Source of the DNA: the human T2T-CHM13v2.0 reference genome, Homo sapiens
Assembly: GCF_009914755.1 (NCBI RefSeq)
Contig: NC_060927.1
Reading direction: 5' to 3' (one strand)
DNA: 64,000 nucleotides
In this document: piece after piece, positions 11,343 through 24,979 of the stretch
Position numbering within the stretch: the stretch's first letter is position 1
How the letters are laid out: each line of letters starts with the position of its first letter
Made by a program: the position numbers and the translations under genes
The notes under the pieces: model-generated
What the model was told of the DNA's origin: nothing
Database searches by the model: none
Seen by the model: the letters and a program-made list of their open reading frames with translations, nothing else

Positions 11343-14040
11343 CTTAATCTCATGTTGAAGGTAACTCCCAATGTTAGAGGTGGGGCCTGGTGGGAAGTGA
11401 CGAAATCATGGGGGCAGAATTTTCATGAATGGTTTAGCACCATCCTCTTGGTGCTATCCCGTGATAGTGAGTAAATTCTCAAGAGATCTAGTCATTAAAA
11501 AGTGTGTGGCACCTCCCCTCTGACTCTCTCTATCTTTCACATCTGCTTTTGCTATGTGATATGCCAGCTCCTGCTTTGCCTTCCACCATGATTGTAAGCT
11601 TCCTGAGGCTACCCCAGAAGCTGATGCTGAAGCTATGCTTCCTGTAAATCCTGCAGAGCCTTGAGCCAATTAAACCTCCTTTCTTTATAAATTGCCCTGT
11701 CCCAGATATTTCTTTATAGCAGAAATGTAAGAAAAGCCTAATACAGAAAATTGGTACTGGGAGTTGGGTACTGTTATAAAGATAACTGAAAATGTGGAGG
11801 CAACTTTGGAACTGAATAACAGGCTGTATTAGTTTATTTTCACACTGCTATAAAAAACTAACTGAGACTGGGTAATTTATAAAGAAAAGAGGTTTAATGA
11901 CCCACAGTTCCACATGGCTGGGGAGGTCTCAGGAGACTTATAATCATGGCAGAAAGCAAAGGAGAAGCAAGGTACATCTTACATGGCAGAGAAAGAGAGA
12001 GTGAGGGTAAGTGAGGGTGGAAGTGCCATATTTTTAACCCATCAGATCTCAAGAGAACTCACTCACTATCATGAGAAAAACATGGGGGAAAATCTGCCTC
12101 CATGATCCAATTGCCTCCTACCTGGTCCCTCCCCTGACACTGGGGATTATGATTTGACATAAGATGAGTGGGGACACAGAGCCAAACCATATTACAGACA
12201 GAGGTTGGAAAAGTTTAGAGGACTTGGAAGAAGACAGGAAGCAGAGGGAAGTTAGGAACTATTTAGAGACTGGTTACGTTGTTGTGACCAAAATGCTGAT
12301 AGTAATATGGACAGTGAAGTCCAGGCTGAGGAGGTCTCAGATGAAGATGAAGAGCTTATTGGGAACTAGAATACAGCTCATGTATGCCTTAGAAAAGAAC
12401 TTGGTTACATTCTGTTCATGCCCTAGGGATATGTGGAAGTTTGAACTTGACAGTGATTACCTACGGTATCTGGCAGAATAAACTTCTAAGCAGCAAAGTG
12501 TTCAAGATTTAGCAAAACTGCTTCTCACAGCCTATGCTTACATGTGTGAGCAAAGAAATGACCTAAAGTTGGAACTTATATTTAAAGGGGAAGTGGGATA
12601 TAAAAGGTTGGAAAATTTGCAGCCTGGTCATGTGATAGAAAAGAAAAGCCCATTTTCAGGAGAAGAATTCAAGCAATTTGCTGAGCAACCACTTGCTAGA
12701 AAATTTGCATAACTAAAAAAGGAGACAAGTGCAGAGACCTAAGACAATGGGAAAAAGGACTTGAAGAAATTTCAGAGAACTTTTCATAGCCTCTTCTATC
12801 ACATACCCAAAGCCTAATAAAGAAGAATGATTTGGGGCCTCACTGCCCTGCACAGCCTTGGAACACTGCTCCCTATATCCTGGCTGCTCTGGTTTCAGCC
12901 TTGACTCAAAAGCAGCTAGGTACAGGTTGGGCCACAGCTCTAGATGGTGCAAGCCATAGGTATTGGTGGCTTCCATGTGATGTTAAGTCTACAGGTGCAC
13001 ACAGTGCAAGAGTTGAGACTTGGGAGCCTCCTAGACTGCAGAGGATCTACTGAAAAGCCTGAGTGCCTGGAAAGAGCCTGTTACAGCAGTGCAGCCCCCA
13101 AAGAGAACCTCTACTAGGGCAGTGTAAAGGCAAAGTGGGTAGGAGCCTCCACAGAGAGTCCCCACTGGGACACTGCCTAGTAGAGCTGTGAGAAGGGGAC
13201 CACTGTCCTCTAGACCCCAGAATGGCAGAGCCACCAGTAACTTAAAAGCTTACAACCTCAGCTTGAAATGCCACAGCGGCAAAGCTGCCCAAGGCTTTGG
13301 GATCCCCCTTCTTGCACCAGTTTGACCTGGATTCAGGATATGGAGTCAAATGAGACTATGTTGGAGCCTTAAGATTTGATGACTGCCTTGTTTGGTTTCA
13401 AACTTGCATGGGGCATGTAGCCCCTTTCTTTTGGTGAATTTCTCCCTTCTAGAATGGAAATGTTTACCCAATGGAAGTATCCCCATTGTATCTTGGGTGT
13501 AATTAACTTGTGTTTGATTGTACAGGCTCAAAAGTGGAAAGGACGTGCCTTGTCTTAGAAGAAACTTTGAACTTTGGACTTTTGAGTTAATGCTTGAATG
13601 AGTTAAGACTTTGGAGGACTATTGGGAGGGTATGATTGTTTTTTGCAATGTAAAAAGAACATGAGGTTGGGGATCCAGGGGAAAAATGACATAGTTTGGA
13701 TATTTGTCCCCATCCAAATCTAATGGTGAAATGTATTCCTCATTGTTGGAGGTGGGTCCTGGAGGGAGGTGATCAGATCATAGGGACAGATTTATTTTGA
13801 AGTGTTTAGACCATCCCCTTGGTGCTGTCCTTGCAATAGTGAGTGAATTCTCACAAGATCTAGTCATTTAAAAGAGAATGACACCTCCGAGTCTCTCTCT
13901 TTCTTTCTCCTGCTTTTGCCTTGTGAAGTGCCTGCTTCCACTTTGCCTTCTGCCATTATTGTAAGCTTCCTAATGTCTGCCCAGAAGCTGATGCCAGAGC
14001 AGGTATTTTTTCTATAGCAATGTCAAAACAGTCTAATACA
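11343..14040 (+). mobile_element. MSTA-type MaLR provirus: 5' LTR 11343-11743 (5'-clipped), internal region, 3' LTR 13687-14040 (internal deletion)
   Basis: Both LTRs end in 'ctaataca'. The internal region starts 'gaaaattggtac'. The 3' LTR starts 'tgacatagtttggatatttgtcccc'. Confidence 0.92.
11825..12194 (-). mobile_element. THE1/MST-family solo LTR nested in the MSTA internal region
   Basis: 'tgtattagtt...aaaccatatta' flanked by 5-bp TSD caggc (11820-11824) / cagac (12195-12199). Confidence 0.9.
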
Positions 14041-14168
14041 GAGCTCAAACAGAATTAGCTATTTGGTACTTTACATTTTATTTTCCCTTTAAACGTAACA
14101 AGAAACTTAGGAGAAAGATACCTCTATGATCTTTATTTAGAAGAGGAGAAAATTAAAATAGGCTAAAT

Positions 14169-14663
14169 TGAAGGACTAAGTGGCTAAGTTGGCTGGACTT
14201 CCCTAAGGGGACTTTCCCCTAAGCCAAAATGAGTCATAGCTGCAAGCTAAGGGATTGAAACTTCAACCAATCATATAGGGAGTTTAAGCTCTAGCTGCAG
14301 TCTGATGTTTTTAATCAATCAGGCCCCCCAACCCACAAGCAGATAGAAAATAAGCTAATCCTATAGGGCAGAAAAAGGAAAAGGGGAGGAGCCATAAGGG
14401 GATATAAGCATAAGACACCCAAGCCAGAAACAGCAACTCTTCTGGGTCCCCTTCCACCGCGTGGAAGCTTTACTTTTGCTTTTGCTTTACTTTCACTTTC
14501 ACTTAAGTAAATTTTGCTGCCTACACTCTTTGGGTCTGCATGTTTCTCTAATCGAGTTGTGACACTCACCGCCGCGGTCCACGGCTTCATTCCTTGAAGC
14601 CTATGAGACCACAAACCCTTCGATTGAGAAAAACCTTTGATTGGAAGAAGACTTCTCATCTCA
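14169..14663 (+). mobile_element. ERV1 solo LTR (LTR30-like; HERV-9/W-related group), inserted in a MIR-like remnant
   Basis: TG...CA termini and 4-bp TSD aaat (14165-14168 / 14664-14667). Contains 'cggcttcattccttgaag...gagaccac', typical of this LTR group. Confidence 0.85.
14207..14407 (+). promoter_or_regulatory. LTR U3 motif cluster: NF-kB, AP-1, CCAAT, TATA
   Basis: ggggactttcccc 14207-14219; tgagtca 14230-14236; ccaat 14267-14271; tataa 14403-14407. Motifs only; activity is not shown. Confidence 0.55.
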
Positions 14664-15979
14664 AAATAACTCTTTCAAAATTAATTAATAAATTTTGAGA
14701 GGTGGGATTAATACTGAGAAACTTCAGGACATATTACTGCATTTAAACTCTATAGTTCATGTGATTTCTATAGATTCTCATGATGGAAAATTTTATGTCC
14801 CCATTTTTTTTTTTTTTAAAGAGTGCCAAGAGTAACTGTTGAAGTGTACTCTTACTAATGTGATCAGAGTTAGCTTTTGAATAATGTATTAATTTAATAC
14901 TTAAGACCAATATTAATGATTTCGTTTGCTTCCTTTAGTGTTATTTGAAAATTCTTCAAAAAATAATAGGCAACCAAGATATACAATGCATGCATTGCTA
15001 TGAAATAGAGACAATTCTCTTTACTTTTAGATAAATCTCTGTGGCAATATTGGAGTATTTAAAATATTTTACCCACAGAAATTGCTTTATTTTCACAATA
15101 ATCTTTATGGAAAGATAGTTTTGAAGGAAACATTTCATATCTCATTAAAACTACATTTGAAAGAAAATCAGTAATTCTGCCACAACTTAGGCATTCTCAG
15201 TCATGAATTAGCAATATTTTTAGGCATCTTAAATGGATGAATTGAATAAGAATTATTTTTCTCTGATTCTGGGATGATCTTGATCTTAAGAACTGTCTAT
15301 GTTATATCTTTATTTAGAACTTCACTTACTATTGGTCATTAATTCAGTGTTAATTTATTCACTAAAAAAGTTTTAAAAATGACAAATGCATAATATAAAC
15401 ATTTTTAACAATAATTTTGCTTCATAACAAAAAATAATTTTAACCTAAGATATTTTTAAGCATTCATCGTCAGTAGCCTTACTTCTTCATGTCATAGTGC
15501 CTTTGTTCAAATAATAGTTTTAATTTAATTAACTGTTCCCGTTTTCTAAATATCTTGCTCTCCTCAGCATCCAGAATCAGATTTCTGCATCAGCATTTCC
15601 CCATAGCATGCCTCCAGTCTATACTCTAATTAACAAGAGAAATAAACTTTTCACATTCAACCTCTAAACCCATATAGACCAACACTTGCACATTTTTTTA
15701 TTCTTTTCACCGAAATGCTTATTAGACAAAAATGGCTGTTAAAAATCATGCTAAGGTGTCACTTTGATTCAAATGAAAGAAATTGCCCTTTATTTTCCAT
15801 TTCTCAGCTATCTTTCTTTTAACTGATACCCAGTATATAATTTTACACCTTATTTATATATACTCTTTTGTATTGCTTCTAAGAGCAATGAGGATCAGTT
15901 GATTGGCCTGAAATAGTTAAATACTGTAGTTAGATGGTTTTTTTCTTTATTAATCTATATAAAATAGGTTCGTTTTAAA

Positions 15980-16663
<684 letters not shown>

Positions 16664-16665
<2 letters not shown>

Positions 16666-16715
16666 GGTACTGGCAGTGAGCTGAAATTTTTGTTTCAAAA
16701 CAAGAAAAGGGTTAA
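16664..16715 (-). mobile_element. MER75 (piggyBac) terminus, inverted relative to its body
   Basis: Reverse complement reads TTAA-cccttttcttgttttgaaacaaaaatttcagctcactgccag, matching the recalled MER75 5' end. Confidence 0.75.
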
Positions 16716-16741
16716 TCCCTTTTCCCAGTTTCTTTGATACG

Positions 16742-16861
16742 TTAGTGGAGACAGGATTTCACCATGTTAGCCAGGATAGTCTCGATTTCCTGACCTTGTG
16801 ATCTGCCCGTCTCGGCCTCCCAAAGTGTTGGGATTAAGGTCGTGAGCCCCCGCGCCCAGCC
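16742..16861 (-). mobile_element. AluY left half
   Basis: Reverse complement reads ggctgggcgcg...gagactatcctggctaacatggtgaaatcctgtctccactaa. Confidence 0.92.
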
Positions 16862-16972
16862 AGCACTTTTAAAATTTTACATAAACACACTCTTTGAGGC
16901 TGAAAAATATCTAACTGATTTTCAGTTTGAAAATAAAATATTAAAATTATTCTTGAAGTTATTTCTTACAAA
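16862..16972 (+). mobile_element. MER75 body fragment
   Basis: 'aattttacataaacacactctttgaggctgaa...ctgattttca...gaaaataaaata' matches recalled MER75. Confidence 0.75.
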
Positions 16973-16975
16973 AAT

Positions 16976-18282
16976 GTTTTGTCTTTTTAATAATAGCCAT
17001 TCTAACTGGGGAAGATGATGTCTCATTGTGGTTTTGATTTTAATTTTTCTGATGATTAGTGATGTTGACCGTTTTTCATTTATCTGTTGGCTACTTGTAT
17101 ATCCTCTTTTGGGAAATGTCTATTCGTGTTCTTTGCTCACTTATAAAACTTTTAAATGGGATTATTAGGGGTTTTTGTTTATGTTTTTGTCTTCTGTTGA
17201 GTTTCTTGTATATTCTGGATATTTGTCCCTTGTCAGAGGAATACTTTGCAGATATTTTCCACCATTCAATTGGTTGTCTCTTCACTCTGTTGATAATTTC
17301 CTTTACTACATAGAAGGTTTTCATTTCATATAGTTCCATTTTTCTATTTTTGTTTTTGTTGTCTGTGCCTTTGAGATCTTAGTCATAAAATCTTTGTCCG
17401 GACCAATATCCTATATTATTTCTCCTATGGTTTCTTCTACTAGTTTTATAGTTTTGGGTCTTATCTTTAGGTCTTTAATCTATTTCGAGCTGATTTTTTG
17501 TACATGGTGAGAGATAAGGGGTCTAGATTCATTCTTCTCCATATCAGTATCCAGTTTTTTTCACCACTATTGGAGAAGGTGTCCTTTTCCCAATATATAT
17601 TTTCAGAGCCTTTGTTGAAAATCATTTGCTTGTAAATATATGGATTTATTTCTCAGTTTTCTATTTTGTTTCATGGGTCTATGTTCTGTTTTTATACCAA
17701 TAGCATGCTATTTTGGTTATGCTAGCTTTGTAATATATTTTGAAGTGAGGCAATATGATGTCTGTCTCTAGCTCTGTTCTTTTTGCTCTTGATGGCTTTG
17801 GTTATTTAGGCTCATGTGAAGCAACATGGATGGAACTAGAGACTATTACATTAAGTGAAATATACTAGACACAGAAAGACAAATATGGCATGCTCTTACT
17901 CATATGCAGGAGCTAATAAATATTGATCTCATGAAAGTACAGTATAGAATGATAGTCACTAGAAACTGAGATGGGAGTGTGGAGATGAAGAGGGAAATGG
18001 GGAAAAAGGGAAGTTGGTTAATGGACACAAACCTACAGTTAAATAGAAAAGGTAAGTTCTAATGTTCAATAGCAGAGTAGAGTGAATTTAACAATGAACT
18101 GTATATTTCAAAATAATTAGAAGAGAGGAGTTGAAATGTTCCCAAAACATGGAAATGATAAGTACTTCATGTGATAAATACCCTGAATACCCTGATGTGA
18201 TCATTATACATTCTTTGCATGTAACAAAATATCACATGCACACCATGAAAATGTACAAATGGTATGTATAATTTATAAAAAG
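16976..18282 (+). mobile_element. L1MA with 5' inversion: antisense ORF2 16976-~17813, sense 3' end ~17814-18282
   Basis: Orientation switches at 'tttaggctc|atgtgaagcaacatggatggaact'. L1MA-type 3' UTR follows. Confidence 0.8.
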
Positions 18283-18287
18283 ACACC

Positions 18288-19460
18288 AAAGAATAACCAG
18301 ATATTCTTTAATAATGGATGGATGACTACACTGTAGTTATATCTAGACGATGGTATATTAGTCAGCGCTAAAAGAAAATGAGCTCTTGAAATGGCTCCAT
18401 TGTCTGGGGTATGTACCCTGGCTCTTGGTCTTGATTGAGAAGAAATTCAGGACACAGACACACATGAGGAGTAGGTTCTGGAGTGGGAAGTTTAACAGAA
18501 AAAGAAGAAAAGAGAAGGAAAAAGCTTTCTCATGTTGAGAAAGCCCAAAAGAGGGTCTCCGAGTGGAATAAAGGACCAGCTGGCGCGAATGTGCCAAGTT
18601 TTATAGTCCAGTTTGAAGAGGTGGTGTCTGATTTACATAGGGCTCATGATTAGTTATGGCATCTACATAGTGCCTGGGGAAGGCTGGTCACCCCACCCTA
18701 ATGTTATTATGCTAATGGACATTAGAGTTGATTGGCACCATCTTGTTTGCTTCTTACTGTAAACATGGATGACAAAGAGAAGGGAAGATGGAGCCACCAT
18801 CTTGAACATGATTGGCACAACTGCTGGTATCTATGTCTGCAGCTCGATTTTACAGGCTGCTCTTTGTTAGAAAGAAAAATAATTTTATTAAAAAGAACAG
18901 ACTTACCGAGGTCTCCCATGCCCTTACTATCTGCCTAAGTAATTTCTTCTTAACTACCATATCAGTATGAAACCATGTAAAGCCATGAAGAAAATGTATG
19001 TGCACATTACTGAGTAAATGAAGCTAATTTGAAAAGGATACATACTGTTTGATTTAAACTGTGTAACATTCTGGAAAGGGCAAAACTATGGCAACAATAA
19101 AGACTTCAGTGGTTGCTAGGGACTGTGGGAAGAGACGGATGAATAGACAAAGCACAGAGAATTTATAGTGTTGAAACTACTCTGTATAAAACTGTAATGG
19201 TGAATACATGTCATCATACATTTATCCAAGCCTATAAAATGCACAGGAGAAAACCCTACTGTAAACTATGGACTCTGGGTGATAATAATATATCATTGTA
19301 GGTTCATCAATTGTAACAAATCTAGCAGTCTACTGAGAAATGTTGATAAGTGGGGAAGCTGTGCATATGGGGGCTAGGGGTTATACGGGAAATCTCTGCA
19401 CCTTTTGTTCCATATTACTATGAAATTAAAATTGCTCTAAAAACTAAAGCCTATTAAAAA
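18288..19460 (+). mobile_element. L1MC-like 3' region interrupted by an LTR
   Basis: 'cagcgctaaaagaaaatgagct', 'ctggaaagggcaaaactatgg' and 'gtaaactatggactctgggtgataat'. Confidence 0.8.
18387..18964 (-). mobile_element. ERV1 solo LTR (MER83/MER50 group)
   Basis: TG...CA termini. Reverse complement starts tgatatggtagttaagaagaaattacttaggcagatagtaagggcatgggag. Confidence 0.8.
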
Positions 19461-19517
19461 GTCAAAAGGAAGTCTTCTCATGTTAACTTAATTTTACAAG
19501 TTTTTTTTGAGAAAATC

Positions 19518-19574
19518 TGTGTTGTGTATGTGTGTGTGAATGTGTGTGTGTGTGAGAGAGAGAGAGAAAGAGAG
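19518..19574. repeat. (TG)n(AG)n compound microsatellite
   Basis: Read directly from the sequence. Confidence 0.9.
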
Positions 19575-22467
19575 AATACTTCTGACTCATTGGACAATGC
19601 AGTTTGTTTTGGTCCTTAACACAAATATGTACCTCACATGATGACTTATATGATATTATGCTCATTCAATAAATGTTTTCATATTAAAAATTATTTTCAG
19701 CACAAGTAAATGCTTTTAAAGTCACTTATATCTCAAACATCTCCATGTGCTCAAATCTTCCATGGCTATCTTTACCTCTAATATCTTAATAAATGATTTG
19801 AGAACCCCTTCTCATTTCTTCACTTCATAATGTTCCTGAGACTTTGAAGGTGGGTGGAAGGGAGTTACATTGCTCTAGTCACTTTGCTCACCACAATCCC
19901 ACCTCTACTAGTTTGTTTTTATGTATATGTGTTAAACAGTTACATATATATTGTTACATATACTTGAGTTTTAAAGCTCTTTTACCCTCTACAACTGAAG
20001 AGCGTGAATAATACTTTGTATTTCCTACTGTCTTTTTTACTTCATGTAAAGTTCCCCAACATAAACTGATTTCCCAATGTTCAAATCATCCATACAAATC
20101 TCTAAGTTATTGGTTACATGAACTTCTCATTTTATCTAAAATCCTCTGTGTAATTAGTTGGTAGATTAAGCAGACAATGGAGCCACCCACAGGTCCTTTC
20201 ACTCTCTTGTTACTTAGAAGAATATAACTCTCATCCTTACACTTGTGATCTCATGGCTTTGGGGAAATAATTCAAAGAAATTTCCCCAGAACGGTCCAGA
20301 TTCACTGACAGAGATGAACCATACTGAATAACTGTGACCAAAGTTTCAGTAAGGGTATTCCCCAAACAATTGTGTTGTCACGAATATTGCCATATTGTAA
20401 AATTGATTTCAGACTTATGGAGCCTTGGATATCATCTGGGAAATGCTAAAGTGAGGGATTTATTTACCCAGCTTCAAAGGAGGAGCTGGTCTTTCCCATT
20501 GTACTTTTTTCTTGAATAATTTATATTTATCATATTTAAATTATCTTTCTGTGACTAATAATGTGGTGTTACCAATAATGGTGAATTTGAAGACTTTGTT
20601 TATATTATTACTAAATCAGTGTATTATATATAAAGATACAATATGATTTTAATTTTTTTCATTAAACAGCATTCTAATTTCAACCCATTAATAATTGTTG
20701 GATAGTAGAAACACGCATCTCTTGGAAAACTCCCTGCAATCTGTTAAATGCAAGTAAAGACCCTGAATAAACAGTATCAATTTATTAATTTTTAAATGAA
20801 TTATATTTATATTTAAATTAATTTATTAATATGAAATTTATTTAGATTTGTTGGTATGGTCATGCTATTATATTTGCATTATAGATGGCACAGTGCCATT
20901 TGATTTCTCAGAAGTAATAGCCTATGTAGTTTTGGAAGAAAATATAAGCACGAGACACTGTTATTATTTAAAGTGAATTTACAAAATCAGTAAAACTAAT
21001 AATAAAACATGTGCTTTTCATGAAAATTGGCTAGTCAGATATACTAAAGTTTCCTGGGCAGCCACCTGGCTTGAATCATTTATATCACTTGGCAAAGTAC
21101 ATTTTTCATGAATAATTAACTTGAATGGCCACATGATACCAAAAACTCTATTGTTGCTCATTTTTAATATCAATGACTTCATTAAAAATTATTTTTTTAA
21201 ACTATCATATATTCAGATTTGAGAGGCCAGATTATTTGACAGTGTCATAGTGAAGCTTACCATTTCAGAAATAGATTACCAGAATACCTGGTTGCTAAGA
21301 ATATATCATATTGATTACAATGTATATTATTATCCCTTGCTTTTCTTTCAGTCTCTGAAATCATTTTTCAACTATTCTGTTTTTCACTATAAAAACAATC
21401 AAATACATTCGAGTCAAAGTGTTTGAGAACTATAGAAAAATTTGGTCAATCCCATCAATTCAATATTTAGGTATGACCTTAGTATTATGACATTTACATG
21501 ACAAAAATCTGGCATCTACATATTCTGGCATAACAGAGGCATTAACCATATTCTTTGGTTAGGTCATTCCTCCTGTTCCAGATATGGGCTCATACAAGGT
21601 GAGGACAAAATTTTGTCACATAAATTGTAAATATGTGTTTTCCATATGTTATAGATAAATAATGCCATGATAACAGACAGAAACCTTTTGTCAAAACTCC
21701 AAAAGAACTTCGTAACCAGGAGACAGTCATATTCTTATAACCCTATAATACCATCTCTATAAGAATCCCTCTTCCTGGAGGGAAAATGGTAAATCTGTCA
21801 TGTGTACATACACCATCTTGCTCATTTTCTCCTCATCTTATTTGAAATACTTTCATTTCTTGTGTTTCAATCAATTTCATCTGAATCAGTCCTGAAAATT
21901 GAATATACATTCTGTCATCTAAGAAAATCCTAAGCAAGTTTTACAATTATAAACATTAAAAATAACATGATCACAAGGCCATAAACTCTGTATTAGTAAC
22001 AAAAGAAAAACAATTCTTTCTCTTTGAAATTTGTGATATCTTTACTAAGTTACTCCTAGAAGTAATGTAAATATAAACTGAAATTGCAGAATTTCTGACA
22101 AAAGATAAAAATCAAAAACTACATATCAGAATTTATTAGAAGCATTTAAGGGAGTGGTGTGAGGAAAACTTATACTGTTAATATTTTTAACGATGAAAAT
22201 TTACAAATGGAATAAAAAGTTTAGTTTAAGCAGCTCTATGCAAATAAATGTGAAAACTTAGATAAAATGACTCAATAATATCACCATCTATAAATCACAT
22301 ATTAATTATAAGAGTAAAATGATATCTTCAAATTGACAGATCAGTGGATATCACCTTAAAAAAGTGATCAAAATTAGCATGCCAATACTAGGAACTTTCT
22401 GATATTCATGTCCCCTCTGATGTGATGCAAAGAAAAATCCACACTTTGTATAGGATATTCTTTTAAA

Positions 22468-22471
<4 letters not shown>

Positions 22472-22506
<35 letters not shown>

Positions 22507-22537
22507 TGTGTGTCTCTGTGTCTCTGTGTCTCTGTGT
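22472..22537. repeat. (TG)n microsatellite
   Basis: Read directly from the sequence. Confidence 0.95.
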
Positions 22538-22653
22538 ATCCTGACTGTAATGCCTAAACAATAAAAGAAGATTACATATATCACCAATAAGGTCATTGTC
22601 CCGGACTCTAAAATATTGTCATAGTCATAAATAACATTAAAAAAGAAAAATAT

Positions 22654-22730
22654 CCATGGCGCATGTTTACCTATGTAACAAACCTACACATGCTGCACAT
22701 GTACCATGGAACTTAAAAATTAAAATAAAT
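22654..22730 (+). mobile_element. Very short L1PA 3' terminus within old L1ME-like sequence
   Basis: 'catgtttacctatgtaacaaacctacacatgctgcacatgtacc...aacttaaaa'. Confidence 0.8.
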
Positions 22731-23976
22731 ATATGTGCTATGTATAGATACATACATTTTTTACTATATAGTGAACAATTATATATATTTATAGTGGTAC
22801 ATTTCTTGGGAATGATCATAGTAGTAGGGTAATGGAGGAATGTATTCTAAAGAATTAAACAGTGAAGTATAATAAAGTATGAAACTTACTCTCAAATTTT
22901 TCAGCAAGAAGAATAAATAATATGTGGATAGAGACAAAATGTAGAAAAATCTGGTAAATTGTTAACAATTTATGAATCTGTGAGAAGGATATACAAGTGT
23001 TTAATATTTTTGTAGGTGTAAAAATTCTCAAAATAAAAAAACTCTAAAATAAAAACCAACTATTGATATCATGTTTTCATACTATATTAAAATATGTTTC
23101 TCAAACACGCAATAATTCTTAGAACCAAAGTTGTGGTATAAATTATAGATTTAATTGGCCATATTTCCTCTCTCTCTCTCTCTCTCCCTCTATACACACA
23201 CACACATACACCCCATAATACAACTTGAAACATGCAGTACTGTAATATCATTTTACTCTCTCAGTTTCAAGGAATATTGACTGATCCTGAGTAGAGAAGT
23301 AAAACCTGAATGAATTTTTCACCTTAATAAAGAATGCCTATCTAGTAAAAAAAAAAAAAAGCTTTTTTAAGTATACTGCTAGGAAGCCAAGCAGCCCATC
23401 TAAAGGCAATCAACAGTATTTGAACTAACAAGCCTTGAAAATAACTAATGGTATAATCAACAACTTGTCTGAAAATGTGGTTCACTATGGTGTGTTTGGA
23501 TTGAGGTCAATGACTACAGGGCAGCATTTGTGTTACCGTGACAATGTGCAATCCTGTCACTCAATCATGCCATTAAAGACAAAAGGTATGCAGGGTTCCC
23601 TCCTCTTACTTTTTTTCAGCTATATTCATTATCAGTCAATACTGAGGCTAAGTGTTTACTCTCTTGAATTGTTCATTTAAATTCCCAAATGCCCACACGA
23701 ACTTGCATTTAGCAGCCTGACTTGACATTTAAATGCAAGAGCCTCAGAAGTCTTCTGAGAGTTGACTTCTCTATTAAAATCGGTTTAAAGCAAATAATTT
23801 TTGATGAATTTTAATACATAGCACTCACTGTTGCACCTCGAATCCACTTTGCCCTTTTTGGAGTTTATGTGATGGTATCATTATGGAAAAACACACCATT
23901 TTAGATATCTCATTGTGTTAACATATGTCACAATACCTAAAATCTAAAAACATACGACGTTTAAAAATATTGCAAA

Positions 23977-24057
23977 GCACATGTACCCTAAACTTAAAGT
24001 ATAATAATAATAATAAGTAAAATAAAATAAAATAAAATAAAATAAAATAAAATAAAA
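23977..24057 (+). mobile_element. L1PA extreme 3' end with (TAA)n/(TAAAA)n tail
   Basis: 'gcacatgtaccctaaacttaaagtataataat' followed by a patterned A-rich tail. Confidence 0.8.
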
Positions 24058-24941
24058 GAATTTTATCATCCTCTTCAAAAGTAATAGTAAAAACTAATAT
24101 TGGTGAGAAATACAGCTTAAAATAGAATTTTACCAAGTTAGGGTTTTATTTTCCTCTTAATTTAGGATTTTAATAATTTTAAATAGTACCTTATATAGGA
24201 TAACACTTCTCAAACCTTGTCCTCAAAATTCTAACACCTCCCAACTATGGTTTAGTAATTACCAAGAAATAAACTGATTCAAATATAAAAAAAAAAATTG
24301 CAAAGCAACCAAAGGACGTTATAAATATTTTAGGTGCTTTCATATTCCCTACTGCATGTAATTTCTCTTTATTATGAGATACACATTCTGACTAGATGAT
24401 ATCTATCAATAAATAAACAGGAACTACCAAAGAAAATAACAAAATTAGAGAGGAGGTCAGTGTAAAAAATGGAAAACTTTAAAAAAGTGTAATATCTTAA
24501 ATTATACCAAGAAATGTTCTACTGAAATATCATAAAGTATACAGTTTCTAATTATGTCATGCAGTACTTTGAAGGTATTAAATCCTAGCAAATATGCATT
24601 GTTATAATAATCATCATTATTATTACTATTTTTGGCTGAGAACTTTATGTAATTTTAAAGCATATCTAATATCCAAGAGAACAACTTTGAATGATCCTAT
24701 TATTAGCATTTTAAAAATAAATAAGCCGAAGTTTAAAACAAAAGAATAGCTGGAATTACTACCTTTGATGATATCTGATCAGAGGTGTAAAATAAGAACT
24801 GCCCAAATCATGAAGAGAAATTAAATGTCACTAAAAGATTTAATAGTTCTGATTTAATGTGTTCCATTTTGATAGGTCTGAGAACTTTGGGGATCCAGAA
24901 ATACTATTGCCAGTCTTCATGGAATACATCTAAGATTAATC

Positions 24942-24979
24942 AATTATTTGAAACCTGAAAGTTCAGGTTTCAAATAATT
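24942..24979. repeat. Perfect 18-bp inverted repeat with 2-nt loop
   Basis: aattatttgaaacctgaa-ag-ttcaggtttcaaataatt. Confidence 0.95.
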
